From: Terriglobia bacterium
GTDB lineage: Bacteria > Acidobacteriota > Terriglobia > 20CM-2-55-15
DNA: 64,000 nt
Assembly (NCBI GenBank): GCA_963664115.2
Contig: CAXWPJ010000009.1
Location: 704,001 to 768,000, forward strand
Direction of reading: 5' to 3'
Each line of letters begins with the position of its first letter. Position 1 is the first letter of the stretch. This document shows, one piece after another, positions 38,522 to 47,889 of the stretch. The notes under the pieces were generated by a model that saw only the letters and a list, made by a program, of their open reading frames with translations, was not told where the DNA came from and ran no database searches. The position numbers were made by a program, and so were the translations under genes.

Positions 38522-38829
38522 AGAAGGAAATGTTTGAGGAACTGCTTGAGAGTGTCCGCCAAGGGGGTGAGATCCGGCGGGGCGAGCGCAAGCCTGCACG
38601 TGTCTTCGTAGCTGCAGAGCCGGATGCGCGAAAGATCCGCGAGTTGTACGGCCTCTCGCAGGAAAAGTTTGCCAATCTCATTGGCATTAGTGTGGCTACC
38701 CTACGTAATTGGGAGCAAGGCCGTCGAACGCCGGAAGGCCCGGCGAAGGTCCTGCTTCGGGTTGCGGCAAAACACCCGGAGGCCATTTTGGATGTTGTGC
38801 GAGAACGCAAAACACGAAAAACGGCATAA
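38518..38829 (+). CDS. higA: Type II TA antitoxin, HigA (XRE HTH)
   Basis: FEELLESV...LSQEKFA.LIGISVATLRNWEQGRR.PEGPA; 4-nt overlap with the toxin gene. Confidence 0.88.
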   Translation: MKKEMFEELLESVRQGGEIRRGERKPARVFVAAEPDARKIRELYGLSQEKFANLIGISVATLRNWEQGRRTPEGPAKVLLRVAAKHPEAILDVVRERKTRKTA

Positions 38830-38917
38830 CAAGTGGCTGCACCAAGAAGGCGGCCGCAGGTTATCTCTTGAATTCAATCGGAAGTGGCCGCCGCAAGTGA
38901 GCCACAATCCGTTAGGC
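38824..38917 (+). mobile_element. attC site
   Basis: GCATAAC-aagtgg-CTGCAC...GTGAG-ccacaatcc-GTTAGGC. Confidence 0.85.
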
Positions 38918-38956
38918 GGTCGAGGTTCAAGCTCGGGGACAGAAGGTCAACTGACG

Positions 38957-39250
38957 ATGAAAAAGCCACGGTCGCGTCGACAACTATCCCCGGATGCAAG
39001 GTTGAAGAATGCACGAAAATGGCTCGCCGAAAGACCCACTGAGGATCTGCTGAATCAGTATCGCCGTTGCTACCATGTGACGGAAATGGTCGCGTATGTC
39101 GAGCTTGTTCAACTGGGCTACGAAGACACTCTGAGAATACAGGCGTACGAAAGGGACGGCATCGCGTGGGGATATATGGTCGATGGGTATAGCGGTGACA
39201 TGAAGGTCGTACCGAAAGGGATGCCAGAGTGGGAACTGCATCTGTACTGA
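38957..39250 (+). CDS. Hypothetical protein, cassette gene
   Basis: ATG with RBS after the core site; RLKNARKW...Y...Y.V....A..EL..LG. Confidence 0.6.
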   Translation: MKKPRSRRQLSPDARLKNARKWLAERPTEDLLNQYRRCYHVTEMVAYVELVQLGYEDTLRIQAYERDGIAWGYMVDGYSGDMKVVPKGMPEWELHLY

Positions 39251-39323
39251 GAACTGGATGTAGGAGCTCGGAAAAGAGCAGTCGCTCGTATGTTCCATAG
39301 CACACATCACTCGGAGGTCGCGG

Positions 39324-39650
39324 ATGAGAGTCGACATTGACAAGCTTAGCGAGGAAGAACTTGTTGATCTCAACAACAGGATCGTCGAGCGGCTCAAATT
39401 CTTGGAGCACGCGCGAGCACACACAACAATGTTGGAGTTTCGAATTGGCGACCGCGTCACCTTTACCGCTGCTGGCCGTCCTCAAGTGGTTGGAGTTCTG
39501 ACGAAATACAATCGAAAGACGGTAACAGTGATTAGCGACGATGGACGAAGATGGAACGTTTCACCCAGCTTCTTAGAGCGAACGCCTTCATCGGATCAGA
39601 AGTCAGCCGGTGGAAAAGTGATTCCGATCAAGAAGGGCTACCGTGAGTGA
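39324..39650 (+). CDS. Hypothetical protein with SH3/KOW-like C-terminal part, cassette gene
   Basis: GGAGG RBS; FRIGDRVTF...G.L.KYNRKTVTV.....RWNVSP. Confidence 0.7.
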   Translation: MRVDIDKLSEEELVDLNNRIVERLKFLEHARAHTTMLEFRIGDRVTFTAAGRPQVVGVLTKYNRKTVTVISDDGRRWNVSPSFLERTPSSDQKSAGGKVIPIKKGYRE

Positions 39651-39653
39651 GCC

Positions 39654-39753
39654 GTCTAACAAGGGCGTGAAGCAGACGATCCTGCGGTGTCACGGCCCAT
39701 GTGCGCACGTCCCGCGCCACCACGGCCTGCAGCTTATTTCCGAGCCGTTAGAC
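39654..39753 (+). mobile_element. attC site
   Basis: GTCTAAC-aagggc-GTGAAGCAG...CAGCTTAT-ttccgagcc-GTTAGAC. Confidence 0.88.
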
Positions 39754-39765
39754 GGATGGATCACC

Positions 39766-40161
39766 ATGTGGAACCTAGATGATTCGGCGCTCTACTTCAA
39801 GCTATTGTGCGAGACCATACCCTACGCGTTCACATGGGGTGAAAAGGACCGCGAAAAGCGCGAGAAGATCAGGGCGGCAATAGCTTCTAAGTTTCCCAAC
39901 GAGATTCCGCAAGCGCGATGGTGGGCGTTTCGGCTGTACGCAAAGAAAGGCGGGCACAACGGCTACGATGTCGAGAACATCCCGAAGCTGATCGTCGATG
40001 CTTTTAGTGGAACGCTGTTACGACAGGATGACTCGAGCTTCCATCAACTGGAGCTCTACGCGGACGACAAGGTCGGCAGGGTCGCGATGGTGCAGGTCCG
40101 TGGCGAAGCGTTTGAGGGCGGTGATTCCAGGAGGATCGAGATCTTTGGGCGGCGTGCGTAA
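39766..40161 (+). CDS. RusA-like resolvase/nuclease, last cassette gene (no attC recognised)
   Basis: DVENIPKLIVDA...YADD matches the RusA D-x-D/E-N-xx-K-xxx-D and DD pattern. Confidence 0.6.
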   Translation: MWNLDDSALYFKLLCETIPYAFTWGEKDREKREKIRAAIASKFPNEIPQARWWAFRLYAKKGGHNGYDVENIPKLIVDAFSGTLLRQDDSSFHQLELYADDKVGRVAMVQVRGEAFEGGDSRRIEIFGRRA

Positions 40162-40189
40162 CCGCGCGTGGAAGATTCTGGCTGACGCA

Positions 40190-40422
40190 TCGGCTCGCGC
40201 CGTGTTCGAGATCGAGTGCGTGCTCGCGGTCGCGCACCGGACATACGGGGCTACCATCCCACGGCATTAGAAACCGCGCCGTCGTCGTGTCCGATTGACT
40301 CACTCAAAGCAGCAAGAGAATCGAGCGATTTTTCGATTTCGGGTGAATTCGCCGGGGACAGGCCTCGCCATCATCCTAATGGCGAGGGTCGCCGGTCGTT
40401 CGGCCAGGATGGCCGTTTGAAC
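40190..40422 (+). mobile_element. Probable degraded IS91-family 3' end (transposase C-terminus plus oriIS-like CCGTTTGAAC)
   Basis: Frameshifted LA(R)VFEIE..., HTGLP...; ends in the same CCGTTTGAAC as 6479-6488 and 13063-13072. Confidence 0.45.
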
Positions 40423-40691
40423 GGACCGAGCACACTAGAGTCTAGCCAACTTCAGTCAACGCCAAGACATACGGGGCTACCATCCCACGGCATTAGAAAC
40501 CGCGCCGTCGTCGTGTCCGATTGACTCACTCAAAGCAGCAAGAGAATCGAGCGATTTTTCGATTTCGGGTGAATTCGCCGGGGACAGGCCTCGCCATCAT
40601 CCTAATGGCGAGGGTCGCCGGTCGTTCGGCCAGGATGGCCGTTTGAACGGACCGAGCACACTAGAGTCTAGCCAACTTCAGTCAACGCCAA
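40240..40691. repeat. Exact 226-bp tandem duplication
   Basis: 40240-40465 equals 40466-40691. Confidence 0.92.
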
Positions 40692-42932
40692 GCGCTCTTT
40701 CGCAATTTGACGCATGGACCCGATCGCGGCCGGATCACTCGCGACACCTTCGAGAGCGGCCCGTGCAGCCTCAAGGTGTCCGAGAGACAGGAGAAGATCG
40801 AAGCTGAAAACACCGCCATGCTGCGGCCTCGGATCACGCCCGTAGTCTCCCTGTTCTTCTTTCGAACCCAACAGTAGATCGTCAATCAACCGTTCTACGA
40901 CGTCACCCGGCAGGGAGGCATCTTCGCAAACCAATCCCGTGACGAACTCCAGCCGCAGATCACGCCCGGACGCCAGAATGTGGTTGACGACGTCGATGCG
41001 ATCGTCGAGTTCACCAAGGAGCTGGATCGCGAAGGACGGCGTCTTGCCCCAATTCGCATCAAACCAGCGACCTTTGATCTCCTTGATCAATCCATCGATA
41101 TCGGAATGCGAGTTCACCAGATAGGATGCAGCAAAGTAATCTCGGAAGGAACGATGGGACCAGTAATAGCGCTCTCCCGCGCCACGCAAGAACAAGCTAT
41201 CGACTTCAGCGAACGCGCCGAAACGCGCGGCCGCGTCGCGAGCCTTGCCCTCATCGAAGCTGTGATGCACCCGAAAATATCGCGCTACAGTTTCTTCGAG
41301 CCAATCACGATGCAATATGGTCGCCGAACGGATTATTTCGAGCGCGAGAAATCCGAGCACACCTAGCGCATTCGTTAGAATATCCTCGCCGTACTCCTTG
41401 GCAAGGTTATGCTCCTTCCATCTCTCAAGACACTCCGTCACCATAGCGCCGTAAAGTTCTACGACCTTGGTCGAGAGAAGGCCTCCGTGTCTCTCATACA
41501 AAGCCAGCGCTACAGATAGGACCAGTGGAGACGACAATAAATTGGATTCGAGCAGATCATGATTCTGCTCAAGAAACCCTTGAGCGCCGTCGCCGAGCCA
41601 CTGTCGAGCGGTCCGCTCTATTGAATCGGGTCGAAGAGGAAGAATTTCATAAACATCGAGGTCGGAGTACCGGAAGTGTTCGGCTGAAGTCGGCCGAGAC
41701 GTGAGAACGAGCTGAGTCCTGGACCCGAAACCTGGATCTCCCTGAACACGTCCGATGAGATCCACCAGATCGGCGAGGTCCCTTGTGTTCTGAATCTCGT
41801 CCACACCGTCCAGCATGATCAGAAGACGAAGACCGGGTATTTCTGCAAGGTCGCTCAGAAACCCCGATGGCAACGATGTCTGTGCCCCTGAATCGTTGCT
41901 GTTTCGAATGGCGTTCAAAATCAGCTCTTCCACCGATCCCTCGCCGGAGGTCAGTTGATTGGCTCTGAGAAGAATCGGGAACAAGCAGTCGGAGCCGCGG
42001 GGACTCAAGCTCTTGCACGAAGTCATGGCCCTAAAGCTGAACAAACGGAGGAGGCTCGACCGGCCAGATCCAGCCTGACCCACCACAAGCAAGCTCCGAT
42101 TGGATTTTCGAATGCGATCCAGCAGTTCGTCGATACTCACGCTATCGGTCTGGCCCACGCCTGAATCCATCGACAGGACCTTGAACGCAGTTGGCGAAAG
42201 CAGGTCCATGGCGCTCGTGTCACCTCTCGGAGCCAGGATCGGTTGAATGGGCTCCTCTGCAGTTGCCCTGATTGCCATCAGATGAGATCGAGCCGCGAAC
42301 ACCGTGCCCACGATACCCGTGCAATCGAACCACGGGGATTTTTCTTCGTGATTGCGGTCATGAATCGCCTGAATGTCCGGGAAAAGGTCTGAAAGAGTTG
42401 AAACCGGGATCGCCCGTCCCTCCAACTCGACTGACAGTCCCGCAGCCGTGTTGAGAATGGCACACACTCCTCCCGTGCGCAGGTTCAACACAGGTGCTCC
42501 GCTGAGTGACGAATCCCGAGGTGCTGACTTGAGTTTAAGAGTCGCCCCCCCCGCCTCCAATCCCTCAAGCAAAAGGCACACAGCCTTGCCACTCCCTGCG
42601 TCCGAGAAACCGCAGACGTACAAGGTGTCGTCCGGACGGAAAGATTCAAACAAATACGCGCATGGATGATCCTTGAGATCCGTTTCGAGAATGGCGAGAT
42701 TAGGACTGGGACTGGCGCCGTAGCGGATCACCCGCGCCCCGTAGCGCTGGCCACCCCAGTGGACATCGACCTCCGAGGTTGGGTAGTCTCCGCTTTTGGC
42801 GTCCTCGATCACATGCGCACACGTCAGTACGAGACCTGGCGCGATAAAGAAACCGGTTCCCCTTCGTCCGCTTACCTCAACACGCACGGTGCAGTCGATG
42901 AGGAAATTCTGGATATCGGAAGAGTTACTCAT
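40668..42932 (-). CDS. Trypsin-like peptidase plus NACHT-type STAND NTPase
   Basis: GTGFFI...TCAHV...LSGAPV; GQAGSGRS (Walker A), LIMLDGVDE (Walker B), LTSRP, SPLVL, W.HRSFRDYFAA. Confidence 0.8.
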   Translation of the reverse strand: MSNSSDIQNFLIDCTVRVEVSGRRGTGFFIAPGLVLTCAHVIEDAKSGDYPTSEVDVHWGGQRYGARVIRYGASPSPNLAILETDLKDHPCAYLFESFRPDDTLYVCGFSDAGSGKAVCLLLEGLEAGGATLKLKSAPRDSSLSGAPVLNLRTGGVCAILNTAAGLSVELEGRAIPVSTLSDLFPDIQAIHDRNHEEKSPWFDCTGIVGTVFAARSHLMAIRATAEEPIQPILAPRGDTSAMDLLSPTAFKVLSMDSGVGQTDSVSIDELLDRIRKSNRSLLVVGQAGSGRSSLLRLFSFRAMTSCKSLSPRGSDCLFPILLRANQLTSGEGSVEELILNAIRNSNDSGAQTSLPSGFLSDLAEIPGLRLLIMLDGVDEIQNTRDLADLVDLIGRVQGDPGFGSRTQLVLTSRPTSAEHFRYSDLDVYEILPLRPDSIERTARQWLGDGAQGFLEQNHDLLESNLLSSPLVLSVALALYERHGGLLSTKVVELYGAMVTECLERWKEHNLAKEYGEDILTNALGVLGFLALEIIRSATILHRDWLEETVARYFRVHHSFDEGKARDAAARFGAFAEVDSLFLRGAGERYYWSHRSFRDYFAASYLVNSHSDIDGLIKEIKGRWFDANWGKTPSFAIQLLGELDDRIDVVNHILASGRDLRLEFVTGLVCEDASLPGDVVERLIDDLLLGSKEEQGDYGRDPRPQHGGVFSFDLLLSLGHLEAARAALEGVASDPAAIGSMRQIAKERLALTEVG

Positions 42933-43049
42933 TCGCTATGCTCGAAATCCGTATCAGAATCGGCTCACGCCGCCATGCAGGGATTCTCGAAGGCTTCATA
43001 CCACTCAGTCGTGTGTACATCGTCGGTCATTACCAAACCGCGGACGCTA

Positions 43050-43337
43050 TCAGGTTCCTTCAACGACTATCATCTGAGAACTGGCGGCTCGATGTCGAAG
43101 CTGCTTCGGAACCCGGTACTCTTCCGAAGACCACCATGCCTTCGCCTGAGAAACGCTGTCGAATTCGAGAATCACCATACGAGAGGGATTCCAATCACCT
43201 TCGAGCGTTTCGAGGATCCCGCCACGGACGGCGTACCGCCCACCATACGCTTCAATAGTAGGTGATACGAGCGTTTTGTATTTCTCAAATTCTTCAGGAT
43301 CGTGTACTTCAATCTGGACCACAACGTAGGCGGACAT
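43050..43337 (-). CDS. DUF1330 family protein
   Basis: MSAYVV..I.V.DPE.F..Y...YGGRY.VRGG...LEG.W...VILEFDS...AKAWW.S.EY. Confidence 0.85.
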   Translation of the reverse strand: MSAYVVVQIEVHDPEEFEKYKTLVSPTIEAYGGRYAVRGGILETLEGDWNPSRMVILEFDSVSQAKAWWSSEEYRVPKQLRHRAASSQMIVVEGT

Positions 43338-43374
43338 GAAAAAACTCCTGCCGTTGCCAGGTGGGTACGCCGGA

Positions 43375-44004
43375 TCAGGGCACGCTGAAAAACCCGAAAC
43401 CGCGTTCGTCCCTGTGTGGAACGAACGGACCATTTTCCAACTTGAAGCGGACGGAATAACCATTCGGTTTCTCCCGAAGAGTCACGGTCATGGAAAACGA
43501 TCCGGTATCCCCGGGGGCAAGAATCGAAGGGACAACAGGGATCTCCAGCGTCGCCGGAAAGCGGCCCGTCGTATCTTCAGCACGGATGACCGCCACCACA
43601 TTTTCGACTCCGTCCGAACTCACATTGGTCACCCGGCCGTCAACGGAAAGCGTGTTGCCGTTTAATCGCTGCTCCAGTTCGTCGAGTATGAAGGGTTCCG
43701 TCCCATCCTCCGTTGGAGGGACCAGAACGTCTAAGTAGCGGTCTTCCATCGGCAGAATGAGTGAAGAAAGATCCGTCACTGAAAACAAGACGATACCCAC
43801 GATAACCAGACCGATAAAGGTCCCTGAAATTATCCGCAGGTAATCGAATCTCGGCTTGGAACCGGGAAGGTCGAGGGAAAACTGGGGATCGTCACCGACT
43901 TCCTCATCGCGAATTTCATCCCCGGTATTCGCTCCGGGCTCATCACCCTGAGCTTTAAGGGGAGGAGCCTTGGGATCGGTTTGCTCGTGGGGATTCTCAT
44001 CCAT
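43375..44004 (-). CDS. Hypothetical single-pass membrane protein with Ig-like C-terminus
   Basis: One TM segment, then V.GRVTN...LAPGDTGSF. Confidence 0.65.
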   Translation of the reverse strand: MDENPHEQTDPKAPPLKAQGDEPGANTGDEIRDEEVGDDPQFSLDLPGSKPRFDYLRIISGTFIGLVIVGIVLFSVTDLSSLILPMEDRYLDVLVPPTEDGTEPFILDELEQRLNGNTLSVDGRVTNVSSDGVENVVAVIRAEDTTGRFPATLEIPVVPSILAPGDTGSFSMTVTLREKPNGYSVRFKLENGPFVPHRDERGFGFFSVP

Positions 44005-44053
44005 GGTCTAATCATACTCCCAAAGTCGAGCAAATCCGGAACTGACAGTAACA

Positions 44054-44152
44054 GGATTTTCAACACGAAGACACGAAGATAACGAAGCTTGGATTTCCAG
44101 ACCCAGACCGTTTCGTTACTCTCCGATTCCTTCCTGTCTTCGTGTTGAATCC
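44054..44152. repeat. Intergenic hairpin with ACACGAAG repeats
   Basis: TTCAACACGAAGACA pairs with TGTCTTCGTGTTGAA; three periodic ACGAAG units. Confidence 0.65.
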
Positions 44153-44190
44153 GAGCACTGAATGCCCTTACAGGGCGCTGCAACTTCGGG

Positions 44191-46149
44191 TTAGACCAGC
44201 AGAGGGGCCATCACCAGAGACACGATGGACATAAGCTTGATGAGAATATTCATCGACGGTCCGGACGTGTCTTTGAAGGGATCGCCCACCGTATCTCCGA
44301 CTATTGCAGCCATGTGCGCGTCCGATCCCTTGCCACCCAGGTTTCCGGCTTCGATGTACTTCTTGGCGTTGTCCCAGGCACCTCCACCGTTCGACATCAT
44401 AATTGCAAGCAGAACACCGCTTACAGTGGCGCCCGCCAGGAAACCACCTAAGGTTTCGGGACCAAAGCCGAAGCCGATGACAACAGGGGTCACCACGGCA
44501 AGTAGACCCGGAAGGACCATTTCGTTAAGCGCAGCTGTAGTTGCAATGTCCACGCAGGTGGCATTGTCGGCCTTTGCAGTACCTTCCATCAAACCGGGTA
44601 TTTCGCGAAACTGGCGGCGCACTTCATTGACCATCTTAAAGGCGGCCCGGCCGACGGCACTCATCGTTAACGAGGCCAACACGTAGGGCATAACGCCTCC
44701 CAAAAAAAGACCAATGACCACGTTAGCTTCGGTCAGGCTGATGGTTGTCAGGTTGACTGTCTGCGTATACGCCGAAAACAGCGCAAGAGCAGTCAAGGCC
44801 GCCGATCCGATCGCAAAACCCTTACCGATGGCAGCCGTCGTGTTGCCCAAAGCGTCCAGACGGTCCGTAATTTCACGGATCTCGGGACCAGCGGCCGACA
44901 TCTCCGCGATGCCACCCGCATTGTCCGCAATCGGGCCGTAAGCATCGACAGCCATCGTTACACCAATCGTGGACAGCATGCCGACCGCCGCGATCGCGAT
45001 TCCGTACAAACCGTTCAGGCTGAACGACACCCAAATCGCAGCGCAGATAGTCAGAATCGGCAGTAATGTGCTTTCGAATCCGACAGCAAGCCCGCTAATG
45101 ATGGTCGTCGCCGGGCCGGTCTGACTGGCTTCGGCGATCTTCACAACGGGTCTGCCCGAGGTGTAGTACTCGGATTCAAAACCAATCAACACGCCCGCGA
45201 TGAGACCGGCCAGCACCGCCCAGAACGCCGAAAGCTCACCCATCACGTTATTCACGATCGCAAAGGCAGCGACCAGAAACAGTGCGCCGGCCAGGTAAGT
45301 CGGCATGTGGAGCGCACGTTCAGGGTTCATTTTCTTAAAAATACCGATAGAAAAAACACCGATCAGCGAACACCCAAGTCCCGCCATGATCAGAAGAAGC
45401 GGCAAAGCCATCGAATTGAAATTGTCACCGAGCGAGGCACCGAGCGCCATAGTCGCAATGACGGAACCAACGTACGACTCGAACAGGTCGGCACCCATTC
45501 CCGCAGTGTCCCCAACACAATCACCGACGTTGTCAGCAATCGTGGCCGGGTTTCGCGGGTCGTCCTCCGGAATCCCCGCTTCCACCTTACCTACGAGATC
45601 AGCACCAACATCAGCGCTCTTGGTGAATATGCCTCCGCCGACGCGTGCGAAAAGGGCAATCGAACTCGCACCCATCGCAAAACCGTTGATGATTGCCGGA
45701 TCTTTAGTGACCATATACCAGATCCCGAGTCCCAACAGGCCAAGCGAAGCCACGGAAATTCCCATGACCGCCCCACCGTTGAAAGCTACGGTCAGGGCCG
45801 CACTCGTACCGCCATCCTTGGCTGCCTGTGTTGTCCTCACGTTAGCCCGTGTGGCCGCCTTCATCCCGAAGAATCCAGCTATCATCGAAAACGCCGCACC
45901 CGTCAGGAAAGCAACGCCCGTCCATATGCTGAGCATGAGGCTCAAGGCGATAAAGAGCACCGCGACGAAAATCGACACGATCGTGTACTCGCGTTTGAGA
46001 AACACCATCGCTCCCAGATGGATACTGTCGGCGATTTCCCGCATTTGCTCCGTCCCAGCCGGCATGCGGATAATTCGCATATAGATGAAGCCAGCCATTG
46101 CCAGACCGACCAGGCCAAGGATGGGAGCGATTTGTGTCAGTTCCTGCAT
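44191..46149 (-). CDS. hppA: K+-dependent membrane pyrophosphatase (probably Na+-translocating)
   Basis: [40 protein letters not shown]; GNTTAA (Ala = K+-dependent type). Confidence 0.93.
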   Translation of the reverse strand: MQELTQIAPILGLVGLAMAGFIYMRIIRMPAGTEQMREIADSIHLGAMVFLKREYTIVSIFVAVLFIALSLMLSIWTGVAFLTGAAFSMIAGFFGMKAATRANVRTTQAAKDGGTSAALTVAFNGGAVMGISVASLGLLGLGIWYMVTKDPAIINGFAMGASSIALFARVGGGIFTKSADVGADLVGKVEAGIPEDDPRNPATIADNVGDCVGDTAGMGADLFESYVGSVIATMALGASLGDNFNSMALPLLLIMAGLGCSLIGVFSIGIFKKMNPERALHMPTYLAGALFLVAAFAIVNNVMGELSAFWAVLAGLIAGVLIGFESEYYTSGRPVVKIAEASQTGPATTIISGLAVGFESTLLPILTICAAIWVSFSLNGLYGIAIAAVGMLSTIGVTMAVDAYGPIADNAGGIAEMSAAGPEIREITDRLDALGNTTAAIGKGFAIGSAALTALALFSAYTQTVNLTTISLTEANVVIGLFLGGVMPYVLASLTMSAVGRAAFKMVNEVRRQFREIPGLMEGTAKADNATCVDIATTAALNEMVLPGLLAVVTPVVIGFGFGPETLGGFLAGATVSGVLLAIMMSNGGGAWDNAKKYIEAGNLGGKGSDAHMAAIVGDTVGDPFKDTSGPSMNILIKLMSIVSLVMAPLLV

Positions 46150-46162
46150 TGATTTCCTCCGA

Positions 46163-46213
46163 AATCGAAAACCGCCGGGCACTGCGGCCCATGCAACGGC
46201 ATCTCACCGAACT
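46163..46213 (-). ncRNA. Candidate Na+ riboswitch (DUF1646/Na+-I-like) in the hppA leader
   Basis: UUCGGUGAGAUGCCG-UUGCAU-GGGC-CGCAGU-GCCC-GGCGGUUUUCGA forms nested stems directly upstream of the RBS; resembles the motif consensus from memory. Confidence 0.55.
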
Positions 46214-46277
46214 TGCTTGAGTCGAAAAGTTTTGCTGTAGGAGAGCTCTCTCAGGTCACAAAAAGCTCATTACCGAA

Positions 46278-46311
46278 ACAAGCCCCATTTTCTAAGGAAA
46301 ATGGGGCTGTT
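46278..46311 (-). terminator. Intrinsic terminator after rplQ
   Basis: 12-bp perfect stem AGCCCCATTTTC/GAAAATGGGGCT with 4-nt loop, short U-rich tail. Confidence 0.75.
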
Positions 46312-46338
46312 CAACATTCAGATCATGTTCAAGGGTGA

Positions 46339-46773
46339 CTACTCTTTCTCCTCCGCGGCCTTTTCGCCCTTCGAGTCTTCAGATTCCGTGGTGTCTTCGG
46401 CCTTCTTCACCTCTTGACCGCTTCCTAGAAGTTCGATTACGGCAACATCGGCACCATCACCCACTCGCGGCCCCAACCGGACAATCCGGCTATAGCCGCC
46501 AGGTCTGTCGCTGAATCTCGGTGCAATCGTATCGAATACTTTCTTGGCGGTGGAATCATCGAGCAGATACGCGCTCACCTGCCTTCGGGCATGTAGCGTG
46601 TCGCGTTTTCCGAGCGTTATCATTTTCTCCGCAAGAGGTCGCAGTTCCTTCGCCTTCGGAAGAGTGGTTACCAATCGTTCATGTTGCAGAAAGGACGTTA
46701 CAAGGTTACGGAGCATCGCACGCCGGTGCGACGGATTCCGGCCCAGTTTCCTTCCAGCTATCTTGTGCCTCAT
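46339..46773 (-). CDS. rplQ: 50S ribosomal protein L17
   Basis: [12 protein letters not shown]...RPGGYSRI. Confidence 0.97.
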   Translation of the reverse strand: MRHKIAGRKLGRNPSHRRAMLRNLVTSFLQHERLVTTLPKAKELRPLAEKMITLGKRDTLHARRQVSAYLLDDSTAKKVFDTIAPRFSDRPGGYSRIVRLGPRVGDGADVAVIELLGSGQEVKKAEDTTESEDSKGEKAAEEKE

Positions 46774-46815
46774 ACTTACCGAGCTCCTACGGGGAACAGG
46801 GAACGCTCACTTTCC

Positions 46816-47823
46816 TTACTCGACGTTCTGCTCCAGGACAACGCCGGAGCCGGAAGGACGACCTTGCTCGTCCAATCTCATTCCAAGTCCCAAATTCATC
46901 GAGGACAGGATTTCCTTGATTTCGTTCAACGACTTGCGGCCAAAGTTCTTCGTTTTGAGCATTTCGGCTTCAGTTCGCTGCACCAGTTCCCCGATCGTCC
47001 GGATGCTGGCGTTCTTCAGGCAGTTGTAAGAACGTACTGAGAGCTCCAATTCTTCGACCGACTTGTTCAGATGCTCCATCACGCCGTCGTGCTTCACTTC
47101 GGCCAACTCTTCTTCGGGCTCGTCCTTTTCTTCAAACTGAATAAAGATCTGCATGTGATCCTTTACCAGTTTGGCGGCGAGTCCAAGCGCGTCCGTGGGC
47201 GTGATCGCGGCATTCGTCCACAACTCAACTGTAAGCTTGTCGTAATCGGTCACCTGCCCGAGCCGCGCCGCTTCGACAAAGTGGTTCACCTTCCGAACCG
47301 GGGAGTGCACCGAATCAACCGGAATGAAACCCACGCCCAGATCTTCGTCGAAGTTCCGGTCCGCCGAAACATAGCCGCGACCGTTTTTGATCCTCATCTC
47401 AAGGTTCAACAAACCGCCTCCGCTAACGGTTGCTAAATAGACGTTGTCGTCGAGAATTTCGACTTCAGGACCATGTTCGATTTTCTTCGAGGTATATACA
47501 CCCTCTGCGCTAGCCTTCAGGAAAATTGTCGTCGGCTCGTCGCTGTGAAGCTTTATCGGAATCTGTTTCAGGTTCAGGATGATATCGGTGGCGTCTTCTA
47601 CGACACTGGGAATCGACGAAAATTCATGCAGTACCCCGTCCATCTTGACAGCAGTCACCGCCGCTCCTTCTATCGACGAAAGCAATACCCGCCTGAGCGC
47701 ATTACCAATCGTCGTCCCGAAACCTCGCTCGAACGGTTGTGCGCTAAACACGGCGTAGCTCTCAGTAGCCGTATCGGGGTCCATGACCAATCTCTTCGGT
47801 TTCTGGAAACCTTTCCAAAGCAT
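46816..47823 (-). CDS. rpoA: RNA polymerase alpha subunit
   Basis: [37 protein letters not shown]. Confidence 0.98.
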   Translation of the reverse strand: MLWKGFQKPKRLVMDPDTATESYAVFSAQPFERGFGTTIGNALRRVLLSSIEGAAVTAVKMDGVLHEFSSIPSVVEDATDIILNLKQIPIKLHSDEPTTIFLKASAEGVYTSKKIEHGPEVEILDDNVYLATVSGGGLLNLEMRIKNGRGYVSADRNFDEDLGVGFIPVDSVHSPVRKVNHFVEAARLGQVTDYDKLTVELWTNAAITPTDALGLAAKLVKDHMQIFIQFEEKDEPEEELAEVKHDGVMEHLNKSVEELELSVRSYNCLKNASIRTIGELVQRTEAEMLKTKNFGRKSLNEIKEILSSMNLGLGMRLDEQGRPSGSGVVLEQNVE

Positions 47824-47889
47824 GTATATTTGACCTCGGTATTGTCTTCCGGTCTGCGACATCTTTGCCGAGACCGAGTCGGTGTCTGA

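Noticed and set aside
45305-46152. Plus-strand ORFs of 259 and 281 aa
   Set aside because: Antisense to the highly conserved hppA.
46150-46270. Fluoride riboswitch upstream of hppA
   Set aside because: Lacks the GGCGAUGG...CUGAUG/CUAAUG core; the sequence fits a Na+-riboswitch-like fold better.
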